Source: an uncultured Eubacteriales bacterium
Lineage (GTDB): Bacteria > Bacillota > Clostridia > Christensenellales > Aristaeellaceae
Assembly (NCBI GenBank): GCA_902787475.1
Contig: CADAGW010000001.1
Span: 1-42,668, forward strand
Direction: 5' to 3'
Length of the DNA stretch: 42,668 bases
Below are positions 19,340 to 27,895 of the stretch, piece by piece. Positions within the stretch are counted from its first letter, which is position 1; the number at the start of each line of letters is the position of its first letter. A program made the translations under genes and the position numbers. The notes beneath the pieces were generated by a model. It had not been told where the DNA came from and did not search any database. It saw only the letters and a list, made by a program, of their open reading frames with translations.

Positions 19340-20032
19340 CTAATCTTTTTCTGTGAAATAGTATCCGACCCCCCACTTGGTGAGGATGAATTCCGGCTGG
19401 GCGGGGTTGACCTCGATCTTTTCCCTCAGGCGGCGGATGTGCACGTCCACGGTGCGCAGATCGCCCAGGTAGTCGTATTTCCAGATGGTCTCAAGCAGGG
19501 TCTCCCGGCTGAACACCCGGCCCCGGTTGCTGACGAAGAGCTGAAGAAGGTCGAACTCCTTGGCGGTCAGGTTGACCTCCTTGCCGTTCACCGTCACCGT
19601 GCGGGTGGCCTGATTCACCACCACGCCCCGGGCGGTCTGGGTCTCGCCCTCCTTTTCGGGCTGCCACTGGGTGGCCCGGCGCAGTATGGAGCGTATGCGG
19701 GCCTTGACCTCCAATATATTGAAGGGCTTGGTCATGTAGTCGTCGGCTCCGTACTCGAAGCCCATGATCTTGTCCATATCGTCGCCCTTGGCGGTGAGCA
19801 TGATCACCGGCACGGTGCTCTTTTCCCGGATGCGCTGGCAGACCTCCTTGCCGTCCATCTTTGGCAGCATCACGTCCAGCAGCACCAAATCGAAGGGCTT
19901 GGCGAAGAATTTCTGCAGCGCTTCCTCTCCGTCCGCCGCCGAATCCGTCTCGTAGCCCTCCTGCTCCAGGCTGTATTTCAACCCCTTCACGATCAGGGGC
20001 TCGTCGTCCACAATGAGTATCCTTCTCGCCAT
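19340..20032 (-). CDS. OmpR/PhoB-family response regulator
   Basis: Receiver domain ILIVDDE...DLVLLDVMLPKMDG...TAKG and a winged-helix C-terminus VDVHIRRLREKI...TKWGVGY. ATG at 20032 with an AAGGAGG RBS. Confidence 0.9.
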   Translation of the reverse strand: MARRILIVDDEPLIVKGLKYSLEQEGYETDSAADGEEALQKFFAKPFDLVLLDVMLPKMDGKEVCQRIREKSTVPVIMLTAKGDDMDKIMGFEYGADDYMTKPFNILEVKARIRSILRRATQWQPEKEGETQTARGVVVNQATRTVTVNGKEVNLTAKEFDLLQLFVSNRGRVFSRETLLETIWKYDYLGDLRTVDVHIRRLREKIEVNPAQPEFILTKWGVGYYFTEKD

Positions 20033-20193
20033 ACATCCGCCTCCTTGAGCACTGCTTATATTATATCCCTTTTGACGTGAAAACGCAATAGATATATCTG
20101 CTTTGTTACGATTTTTCACAAACTCTGTACAAATACATGGGCAATGTGTTATGATAGTATGGCCTGAAAATTGTACATGAAAGGACCATACGC

Positions 20194-21633
20194 ATGCATT
20201 GGACGAAACGGGCGCTGGCGTTTTTGGCTGCCGCGCTGATGATCTTCACGCTGAACGCCAGGGCCAGCGACCTGCAGCCCGCCGAGGGCTACGACTCCAC
20301 CCACCCGGAGCTGCTGGAGGGGGACTATCTCTACGCCCAGAGCGCCATACTGATGGATTACGAGACCGGCCAGGTGCTCTTTGAGAAGAACCCGGACCGG
20401 GAGATGGCCATGGCCTCCACCACCAAGATCATGACCTGTATGCTGGCGCTCGAGCACTTCGGGGAGGACCTGGACGTGTTCATCACCATCCCTCCCGAGG
20501 CCGCGGACGTGCCCGACGGCTCCTCCCGGGTGCCCGTGACCGTGGGTGAGCAGATGACCGTGCGGGACCTTCTCTACGGTCTCATGCTCCACTCCGGCAA
20601 CGACGCGGCCAACGCCGTGGCGGTGCTGGTGTCGGGGTCCCTGGACCAGTTCGTGTCGGAGATGAACCGGCGGGCGGAGAAGCTGGGGTGCGAGCACACC
20701 CACTTTGTAAACGCCCACGGATATACCGCCGAGGGGCACTATACCACCGTGCGGGATATGGCCCTCATCGCCCGGGAGGCCATGAAGAACCAGACCTTCC
20801 GCACCATCGTGCGCACCATCAAATATACCATGCCCGCCTCCAACGCCCGGGGCGCCAAGATCCTGACCAACACCAACCTGTGGGGCGCCAGCACGGGCAT
20901 GTATAAGTACAAATACGGCAACGGCATCAAGACCGGCTTTACCTCCGCCGCCGGGCAGTGCCTGGTGGGCTCCGCCACCAACGACGAGGGCGTGACGCTG
21001 ATCTCCGTGGTGTTCAGAAGCACCACCAACAACGCCGAGGCCAAGTGGCTGGACTCCACCAAGATCATGAACTACGGCTTCTCCCGCTACACCCGCTACT
21101 CCTTCGACCAGCTCTACGACATGGCCCCGGTGAAGGTACAGCTCGAAAACGCCTCCGAGGAGGACGAGCTGGGCGGGGAAATCACCCTCAAGGCCATACG
21201 GAACACCGCCGCCAACACCAGCGCCGTGCTTCTGGACATCAACGTGGAGGACTATCTTGCCCAGTTCGCTCAGGACTGCCGGGTGGACTATACGGTGGAG
21301 CTGACCGCCCCCATAGAGGAAAACGCCATTGTGGGGAATCTCACCTACACCGCCCCGGACGGCACCTCCATCACCGCCCTTCTGACCGCGGACAGGAGTG
21401 TGGAGGCCGCCCGGCACACCGCCACCACGGCCATACACGATTTCTTTGAGAACAACCCCAGCTGGCTTCTGATCGCCATCGTGGCGCTGTTCCTGCTTCT
21501 GTTCATCGTGTGGCGCATCAGCGCCGCCGTCAAGCGCCGGGAAAAGCGCCGCAGGCGCATCGAGCGGGCCAGGCGGCGGGCCCTCCAGCAGAAAAAGCAG
21601 CAGCAGGCGGCCAAAGCCAGGGCCAGAAAATAA
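20194..21633 (+). CDS. D-alanyl-D-alanine carboxypeptidase (PBP5-type, S11)
   Basis: SxxK (ASTTK), SxN (HSGND) and KTG (IKTGFT) motifs. N-terminal signal, C-terminal TM helix and a highly basic tail. Confidence 0.9.
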   Translation: MHWTKRALAFLAAALMIFTLNARASDLQPAEGYDSTHPELLEGDYLYAQSAILMDYETGQVLFEKNPDREMAMASTTKIMTCMLALEHFGEDLDVFITIPPEAADVPDGSSRVPVTVGEQMTVRDLLYGLMLHSGNDAANAVAVLVSGSLDQFVSEMNRRAEKLGCEHTHFVNAHGYTAEGHYTTVRDMALIAREAMKNQTFRTIVRTIKYTMPASNARGAKILTNTNLWGASTGMYKYKYGNGIKTGFTSAAGQCLVGSATNDEGVTLISVVFRSTTNNAEAKWLDSTKIMNYGFSRYTRYSFDQLYDMAPVKVQLENASEEDELGGEITLKAIRNTAANTSAVLLDINVEDYLAQFAQDCRVDYTVELTAPIEENAIVGNLTYTAPDGTSITALLTADRSVEAARHTATTAIHDFFENNPSWLLIAIVALFLLLFIVWRISAAVKRREKRRRRIERARRRALQQKKQQQAAKARARK

Positions 21634-21646
21634 GGAGGATACGGAT

Positions 21647-22300
21647 ATGGAACTGAAAGGCAAAAAGATCAATTTTCTGGGCGACAGCATCACCGAGGCC
21701 CACGGCACCTCGAATGTGACCCATTCCTTCTGGAACGTGATGGCCCGGGAGAGCGGCGTCATCAGCCGGGGCTACGGCATCGGCGGCACCCGCATCGCCC
21801 GGCAGAAGAACGCCTCCGCCGAGTCCAAGTGGGACCGGGACTTCATCGCCCGGGTGGACGAGATGGATCCGGACGCGGACGTGGTGGTGGTCTTTGGCGG
21901 CACCAACGACTTCGGCCACGGCGACGCCCCCTTCGGCCGCATGTCCGACCGGACGGAATACACCTTCTACGGCGCCATGCATCTGCTGTGCCAAAAGCTC
22001 ATCGCCCGCTATCCCGCCGCCCGGATCGTGTTTATGACGCCCCTGCACCGGCTCAGCGAGGACGTGACCACCAATGAGATCGGCCTTCTGCTGGGGGCGG
22101 ACCTGGCCGGCTACTGCGACGCCATCAAGGAGGTCTGCCGCTATTACAGCCTGCCGGTTCTCGACCTGTTCGCCGTGTCCGGCATACAGCCCAAGGTGCC
22201 CGTGATCCAGGAAATGTACATGCCCGACGGTCTCCATCCCAACGACCTGGGGCACCGGCGGATAGCGGATCTGCTCACCGCCTTTCTGAAAGGCATCTGA
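21647..22300 (+). CDS. SGNH/GDSL family hydrolase
   Basis: Block I FLGDSITE, block III GGTNDF, block V DGLHPN. Confidence 0.8.
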   Translation: MELKGKKINFLGDSITEAHGTSNVTHSFWNVMARESGVISRGYGIGGTRIARQKNASAESKWDRDFIARVDEMDPDADVVVVFGGTNDFGHGDAPFGRMSDRTEYTFYGAMHLLCQKLIARYPAARIVFMTPLHRLSEDVTTNEIGLLLGADLAGYCDAIKEVCRYYSLPVLDLFAVSGIQPKVPVIQEMYMPDGLHPNDLGHRRIADLLTAFLKGI

Positions 22301-22306
22301 CGATCT

Positions 22307-22339
22307 CCGGCATGGACGTATGGCTCCATGCCGGTTTTT
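22307..22339 (+). terminator. Rho-independent terminator after the SGNH hydrolase gene
   Basis: Stem ccggcatgg / ccatgccgg followed by TTTTT. Confidence 0.7.
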
Positions 22340-22355
22340 CGCAAAGGAGGACAAT

Positions 22356-24659
22356 ATGGCCCTTCAGGATACGCTCCAGGCCGCCAAGGCCCACTCCATA
22401 CGCCGCGACACCGCCGCCCCGGACTTTTTCGAGGGCGCCCTCATGGGCAACGGAAGCCTTGGCGCCGTGGTGTGCACCCGGCCCGACGCCCTGGTGATCC
22501 ACTTCGGCCACAACGACATATGGGACATCCGCATCGAGGAAGGCCACAAGGACTGCGTGGGCACCTTTGACGAGATATGGGGCCGCATACAGGCCGCACC
22601 TGGGGACGTGCACCGGGAAAAGTGGTATCAGGAGTACGTGGAAAAGGTCACCGCCTCCTATCATGACCACGTGTATCCCCGGCCCTACCCCGCCTCCAGT
22701 CTCTATCTGTTTTTCGACCGGAAGGAATACGAGGTGCTGGGCCAGGAGACAGACATATCCACAGGGCTCTTCACCGCCGCCCTGCTGTCCTCAAACGGGG
22801 AAAAGCGGTATATCCAGGCGGTCATGGACATGGACAAAGACGCGGTGTGCGTAAGGACTGTGGACGAGGACGGCCGCGAGGCGCGCATCTTTTCCCGCCT
22901 GTGGATCCGGCCCCACCGGCCCGACGGGGGTCTGCCAGGCTATACCCTCCTGCCCCGGGGCTTTATACAGCCCCTGCCCTACAACGGCTGCGAGGGCCAT
23001 ATCCGGCCCGGGGTGGACAAGGGCTTTTCCGTGTGCTGGCGCTCCGACGGGGAGGAAGGAAAGGGTCTGGACACTCCTTTGTCCGGCCGCGGCGGCATCA
23101 CCCTTCAGATCCGGCATGGGTACTATGACCGGGTGGCTTCGTTCCCCGGGGCGGAGGAGCTTTCCTTTGACGAGGTGGCGGAGCGGACGAAACGGGCGTG
23201 GGAGGCCTACTGGTCCCTGTCCGGCGTGAGCCTGGAGGACAAGGAGCTGGAGAGGATATGGTACGTCAATTCCTACTTCATCCGCTGTCTTCTGAGCCCC
23301 GCCTCCCGCTGCCCGGGCCTGTTCGGGTGCTGGATGCTGGACGATATCGGCACCGCCTGGCACGGGGACTACCACATGAACTACAACACCCAGCAGGTGT
23401 TCTGGGGGCTGATGGCCGCCAACCGGGCCGACCTTCACATGCCCTATCTGCGGATGGTGGAGGACCTCATGCCCGTGTCCCGGGCCTGGGCCCATGACTT
23501 TTACCGTCTGGAGGGAGCCTGCTTCCCCCACTCCGCCTATCCCGTGCCCATGACGGTAATGCCCTATCCCTCCCCGGACTGGGGCTGGGAGATATTTGAG
23601 ACCCCCTGGACGGTGCAGAGCCTGTGGTGGCACTATGCCTACACCGGCGACAGGGCCCTTCTTCGGGATCGGATCTACCCCGTCCTGCGGGCGGCGGCGG
23701 CGTTTCTGGTGGGCTACATGACCCGGCCCGGGGCCGACCCGGTGGGCGACGGAAAGTATCACCTCTTTCCCACCATCGTGCCGGAGCTCTACGGCCTCAC
23801 CGAGCGCTTCCGCCTCAATCTGGACGGGGCGGTGGATCTGGCGCTGACCAAGTTCGTGCTTCATGCCCTCCTCACCGCCATACGCGACCTGGGCCTGGAG
23901 GAAAAAGAAGCGGAGCTTTCCGCCTCCGCCCGGCGCATCCTCGATCATTTTCCGGACTACCCCACCGCCCTGGGCCGGTTCGGGGAGGTGTATGTGAGCA
24001 CGGCAAACGAGGATCCGGACAGGGTGATCTACAACTGCCCGGCGAACCTCATGCAGATCTTCCCCGGGGAGGACGTGGACGCCCTGACCGCGGGAGAAGA
24101 CGACATGGCCCTGGCGGAAAATTCCTGGCGGCACCACTACAACGAGGGCGGCAACGACCTGGTGTTCTACCACCTGATCGGAGCCCGGCTGGGGTGCATA
24201 GACCTGGAGGCCTTCAAGCGCCACGTGCGCTACTGCGCCATGCCAAACGGCGCCTGCGCGGACCGGGTCACCCTCACCGGGGGCCGCTACCCCGACGACG
24301 TGGACGTGGACTTCATGAGCCGCATGGGCATATGGGTGGAGAATTTCTCCCTCTACGCCGTGGTGGACGAGTGCCTTATGTGGGGCCACGGGGACATCAT
24401 AAAGGTGTTCCCCTGCTGGGATCTTCACAAAAAGGCCTCCTTTCACTCCCTTAGGGCCCGGGGCGCGCTGCTGGTGGACGCGGCCTGCGAGGGCGGCATG
24501 GTAAACTACATACGGATCAAGAGCGAAAAGGGCAATGTGGTGCAGGTGTACAACCCATGGCCCGAGGCCGTGGATCAAAACGGCAGGATCTACACAGACC
24601 CCGTGATCCGGGCCCAACCCCTGCCCGGGCACTCCATGCTCTTTACGGAAAAGCGCTGA
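22356..24659 (+). CDS. Six-hairpin glycoside hydrolase, GH95-like (cytoplasmic)
   Basis: N-terminal GNGSLGAVV and central WHGDYHMNYNTQQVFW (N-x-N motif) resemble GH95 alpha-L-fucosidase/galactosidase signatures. No signal peptide. ATG at 22356 with an AAGGAGG RBS. Confidence 0.5.
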   Translation: MALQDTLQAAKAHSIRRDTAAPDFFEGALMGNGSLGAVVCTRPDALVIHFGHNDIWDIRIEEGHKDCVGTFDEIWGRIQAAPGDVHREKWYQEYVEKVTASYHDHVYPRPYPASSLYLFFDRKEYEVLGQETDISTGLFTAALLSSNGEKRYIQAVMDMDKDAVCVRTVDEDGREARIFSRLWIRPHRPDGGLPGYTLLPRGFIQPLPYNGCEGHIRPGVDKGFSVCWRSDGEEGKGLDTPLSGRGGITLQIRHGYYDRVASFPGAEELSFDEVAERTKRAWEAYWSLSGVSLEDKELERIWYVNSYFIRCLLSPASRCPGLFGCWMLDDIGTAWHGDYHMNYNTQQVFWGLMAANRADLHMPYLRMVEDLMPVSRAWAHDFYRLEGACFPHSAYPVPMTVMPYPSPDWGWEIFETPWTVQSLWWHYAYTGDRALLRDRIYPVLRAAAAFLVGYMTRPGADPVGDGKYHLFPTIVPELYGLTERFRLNLDGAVDLALTKFVLHALLTAIRDLGLEEKEAELSASARRILDHFPDYPTALGRFGEVYVSTANEDPDRVIYNCPANLMQIFPGEDVDALTAGEDDMALAENSWRHHYNEGGNDLVFYHLIGARLGCIDLEAFKRHVRYCAMPNGACADRVTLTGGRYPDDVDVDFMSRMGIWVENFSLYAVVDECLMWGHGDIIKVFPCWDLHKKASFHSLRARGALLVDAACEGGMVNYIRIKSEKGNVVQVYNPWPEAVDQNGRIYTDPVIRAQPLPGHSMLFTEKR

Positions 24660-24695
24660 CGGGCTCATTTCTATTTATTCACACCCGTATCCGGC

Positions 24696-24724
24696 TTGAT
24701 TTTAACATTCATTGATTGTATAAT
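24696..24724 (+). promoter_or_regulatory. Candidate sigmaA promoter for lon (TTGATT-17-TATAAT)
   Basis: TTGATT at 24696..24701, a 17-nt spacer, TATAAT at 24719..24724. Confidence 0.5.
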
Positions 24725-24755
24725 ATCCGTATCTGATTTCGGAGGACAATGATTC

Positions 24756-27095
24756 TTGAATACCAATGAAGTTTTGGAGCAGCTGCCCCTTCTCCCCCTC
24801 CGGGGGATGCTGATTTTTCCCAACAACACCGCCTTCCTGGACGTGGCCCGGCCCCGGTCCCTGGCGGCCCTGGCGGCCAGCATGGCGGGCGAGGAGCACC
24901 AGATGCTCCTGGTGTGCCAGAGGGATCCGGCCATGGAGGACCCCCAGCAGACCGATCTGTACACCGTGGGCGTGGTGGCCGCCGTGCGCCACATGATCCG
25001 CATGCCCGACGAGACGGTGAGGGTGCTGTGCGAGGGCATGAGGCGGGTGCTTCTTCTCTCCGTGTCCAACCGGCCGGACTACATGGTGGGGTCTTTCCTG
25101 CCCATGGAGGAGATCGAAAGCGGGCCGGAGCTTCTGCGCCAGGCCCACATGCGGCGCATACGGGAGCTGTTCCGCGAGGTGTGCGCCATACGGGGCCAGA
25201 CACCGGGAGAGCTGATGGACGCCCTGGACGGCGTGGGCGAGGCGGGCAAGCTGACCGACATGATCGCCCAGCATGCCATAAACGACCTGGCCAGCCGGCA
25301 AAACCTTCTGGAATGCCGGGACGCCTTCCAGAGGCTGACCCTGCTTACCCAGCTGTTGACCCGGGAGGTGGAGATCGCCCGGCTGGACCGGGAGATCGAG
25401 GCCAAGGTCAACGCCAGCATGGAGAAAAACCAGCGGGAATACTATTTAAGAGAGCAGATCAAGGCCATACAGACAGAGCTTGGCAACGACGAGGCCCTGG
25501 AGTGCGAGAGGTATCTGGAGCAGCTGGAAAACACCCCCATGAACGACGAGGCCCGGGAAAAGACCCAGCGGGAGATCCAGCGCATGAGCCGCATGGTGCC
25601 GGGCACCCCTGAGACCAACGTATCCTCCAACTACATCGAGCAGATGCTGGCCATGCCCTGGGGCAAGACCACCGGCGGGGAGATCCGCATCGACAGGGCC
25701 CGAAAGGTGCTGGAAAAGGATCACTACGGTCTTGAAAAGGTGAAGGAGCGGGTCCTTGAATACCTGGCGGTCCGGGCCATGACCGGGAGCCTCCGGGGGC
25801 CCATACTCTGCCTGGTCGGCGCCCCCGGCGTGGGCAAGACCTCCATCGCCTCCTCCGTGGCCCGGGCGCTGGGCCGCAAATTCGTGCGCATGTCCCTGGG
25901 CGGCGTCCACGACGAGGCGGAGATCCGGGGCCATAGGCGCACCTATATCGGCGCCATGCCCGGACGGATCATGGCCGCCCTGCGCCAGTGCGGCACCTGC
26001 GACCCGGTGTTCCTCTTTGACGAGATCGACAAGCTGGCCTCCGACTACCGGGGCGATCCGGCCTCGGCCCTGCTGGAGGCGCTGGATCCGGAGCAGAACG
26101 CCACCTTCACCGACCACTTCCTGGACGCCCCCTTCGACCTGTCCAAGGTGCTCTTTATCGCCACCGCCAACACCACCGACACCATCCCGGCGGCCCTTCT
26201 GGACCGTATGGAGCTGATCGAGGTGCCCTCCTACACGCTGGAGGAGAAGGTGCAGATCGCCAAGCGGCACCTCTGGCCCAAGCAGCTGAAGGAGCACAAG
26301 CTGACCCGGTCCATGGTGTCCTTACATGACAAGACCATCCGCTCCCTCATCGAGGGCTATACCCGGGAGGCCGGGGTGCGCAATCTGGAGCGGGATCTGG
26401 CGGCCATCTGCCGCAAGGTGGACATGGCCCTGGTGGATGTGCCCGAGGAGGAGCGCAAAAAGATCACCGTGACGCCAGAATCCCTGGTGGACTATCTTGG
26501 CGCGCCCAGGTTCCTCGACATGGAGCCGGACAAAGAGCCCGAGACCGGCGTGGTCAACGGCCTGGCCTGGACCAGCGCCGGCGGCACCACCATGCCCATC
26601 GAGGTGGCCGTGATGCCCGGCGAGGGAGCCGTGAACCTGACGGGCCTCTTGGGCGACGTGATGAAGGAATCCGCCCGCACGGCCCTGGGCTACATCCGCT
26701 CCCGGGCGGACGATCTGCACATACAGAGCGATTTCTACAAGACCCGGGACCTTCACATCCACGTGCCCGAGGGCGCTGTGCCCAAGGACGGCCCCTCCGC
26801 GGGCGTGGCGCTGACCTGCGCCATGGTCAGCGCCATCACCGGCGCGCCGGCCCGACAGGACGTGGCCATGACCGGCGAGGTGACCCTCCGGGGCCGGGTA
26901 CTGCCCATAGGCGGCGTGCGGGAAAAGCTGCTGGCGGCCCACAGGATGGGCATCGACACGGTGCTCCTGCCCAAGGCCAATGAAAAGGATCTCCGGGACC
27001 TGCCCGGCGACATCCGGGAAAAGATGGACGTGCGCCTCATCAGCCAGGTGGATCAGGCCCTGGGCGTGGTGCTGGACATGGGGAAACAGGCATGA
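24756..27095 (+). CDS. lon: ATP-dependent Lon protease
   Basis: LON N-domain, Walker A GAPGVGKTS, protease site PKDGPSAGVA. TTG start with GGAGG about 10 nt upstream. Confidence 0.95.
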   Translation: MNTNEVLEQLPLLPLRGMLIFPNNTAFLDVARPRSLAALAASMAGEEHQMLLVCQRDPAMEDPQQTDLYTVGVVAAVRHMIRMPDETVRVLCEGMRRVLLLSVSNRPDYMVGSFLPMEEIESGPELLRQAHMRRIRELFREVCAIRGQTPGELMDALDGVGEAGKLTDMIAQHAINDLASRQNLLECRDAFQRLTLLTQLLTREVEIARLDREIEAKVNASMEKNQREYYLREQIKAIQTELGNDEALECERYLEQLENTPMNDEAREKTQREIQRMSRMVPGTPETNVSSNYIEQMLAMPWGKTTGGEIRIDRARKVLEKDHYGLEKVKERVLEYLAVRAMTGSLRGPILCLVGAPGVGKTSIASSVARALGRKFVRMSLGGVHDEAEIRGHRRTYIGAMPGRIMAALRQCGTCDPVFLFDEIDKLASDYRGDPASALLEALDPEQNATFTDHFLDAPFDLSKVLFIATANTTDTIPAALLDRMELIEVPSYTLEEKVQIAKRHLWPKQLKEHKLTRSMVSLHDKTIRSLIEGYTREAGVRNLERDLAAICRKVDMALVDVPEEERKKITVTPESLVDYLGAPRFLDMEPDKEPETGVVNGLAWTSAGGTTMPIEVAVMPGEGAVNLTGLLGDVMKESARTALGYIRSRADDLHIQSDFYKTRDLHIHVPEGAVPKDGPSAGVALTCAMVSAITGAPARQDVAMTGEVTLRGRVLPIGGVREKLLAAHRMGIDTVLLPKANEKDLRDLPGDIREKMDVRLISQVDQALGVVLDMGKQA

Positions 27096-27676
27096 TGCAG
27101 ATCAAGCAGGCCGCATTTGTCACCTCCCTGGCCGCCTACGGCAAATATCCCGGCCGGGGCATGCCCGAGATCGCCGCGGTAGGCCGATCCAACGTGGGCA
27201 AAAGCTCCCTGATCAATACGCTCTGCTCCCGCAACGGCCTGGCCCGGGTGTCCCAGACCCCGGGCAAGACCCGGCTGATCAACCTCTTTGAGATCAATCA
27301 GACCTTCATGCTGGTGGACCTGCCGGGCTACGGCTTCGCCCAGGTGTCCCAGCAGGAGAAAAAGCGCTGGACGGGCATGATCGAGGGCTACTTTAACGAC
27401 ACCCCCTTTCTAAAGCGAGTGCTCCTCCTCGCCGACCTGCGCCGGGAGCCGGGGCAGGAGGACGTCATGATGGCCAACTACCTCCGGGCCCTGGGCGTGC
27501 CCTTCACGGTAGTGGGCACCAAGGCCGACAAGCTCTCCGGCGCCCAGAAGGGCCGGAGCATCCCCGCCATCTGCCGGGGCCTCTTGGTACAGCCCTGGGA
27601 GGTGATCCCCTTCTCCTCCGAGACCGGGGAGGGGCGGGACGCCCTGCTGACCGTTCTGGAGGATACGCTCAGATAG
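27092..27676 (+). CDS. engB: Ribosome biogenesis GTP-binding protein YihA/YsxC (EngB)
   Basis: GRSNVGKSSLIN, DLPGYGFA, TKADK. The start overlaps the lon stop (ATGA). Confidence 0.9.
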   Translation: MMQIKQAAFVTSLAAYGKYPGRGMPEIAAVGRSNVGKSSLINTLCSRNGLARVSQTPGKTRLINLFEINQTFMLVDLPGYGFAQVSQQEKKRWTGMIEGYFNDTPFLKRVLLLADLRREPGQEDVMMANYLRALGVPFTVVGTKADKLSGAQKGRSIPAICRGLLVQPWEVIPFSSETGEGRDALLTVLEDTLR

Positions 27677-27895
27677 CGGCATGAAAGCGTACTGAAGCCC
27701 GGGGACATCCATATCGGGCCGGACAGCGAATGCCCCGCCGCCTGGTATTTTTCCGTCACGGACGGTCATACGGAATATGCCCTGCCCCCGACCCTGCCCG
27801 GGGGCGAGCACGCCATCACCATTCGGTTTGTGGGCGGGGACATGAAGCTGGCCTTCCTGCGGCTCGATCCGCAGGCGGCCCGGGAGAATCTCGCC

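Noticed and set aside
24686-24733. A direct repeat CCGTATC that flanks the lon promoter, as a possible heat-shock operator (CtsR or CIRCE-like).
   Set aside because: It matches neither the CIRCE inverted repeat nor the CtsR heptad repeat consensus. A 7-nt repeat 41 bp apart is weak evidence.
27674-27676. The engB TAG read as pyrrolysine or a programmed readthrough codon that fuses EngB to Cca.
   Set aside because: No pyl genes or other in-frame TAG codons are evident in the window. EngB ends at its normal length, and cca has its own RBS-backed ATG. It is kept only as the least likely option in the finding on this region.
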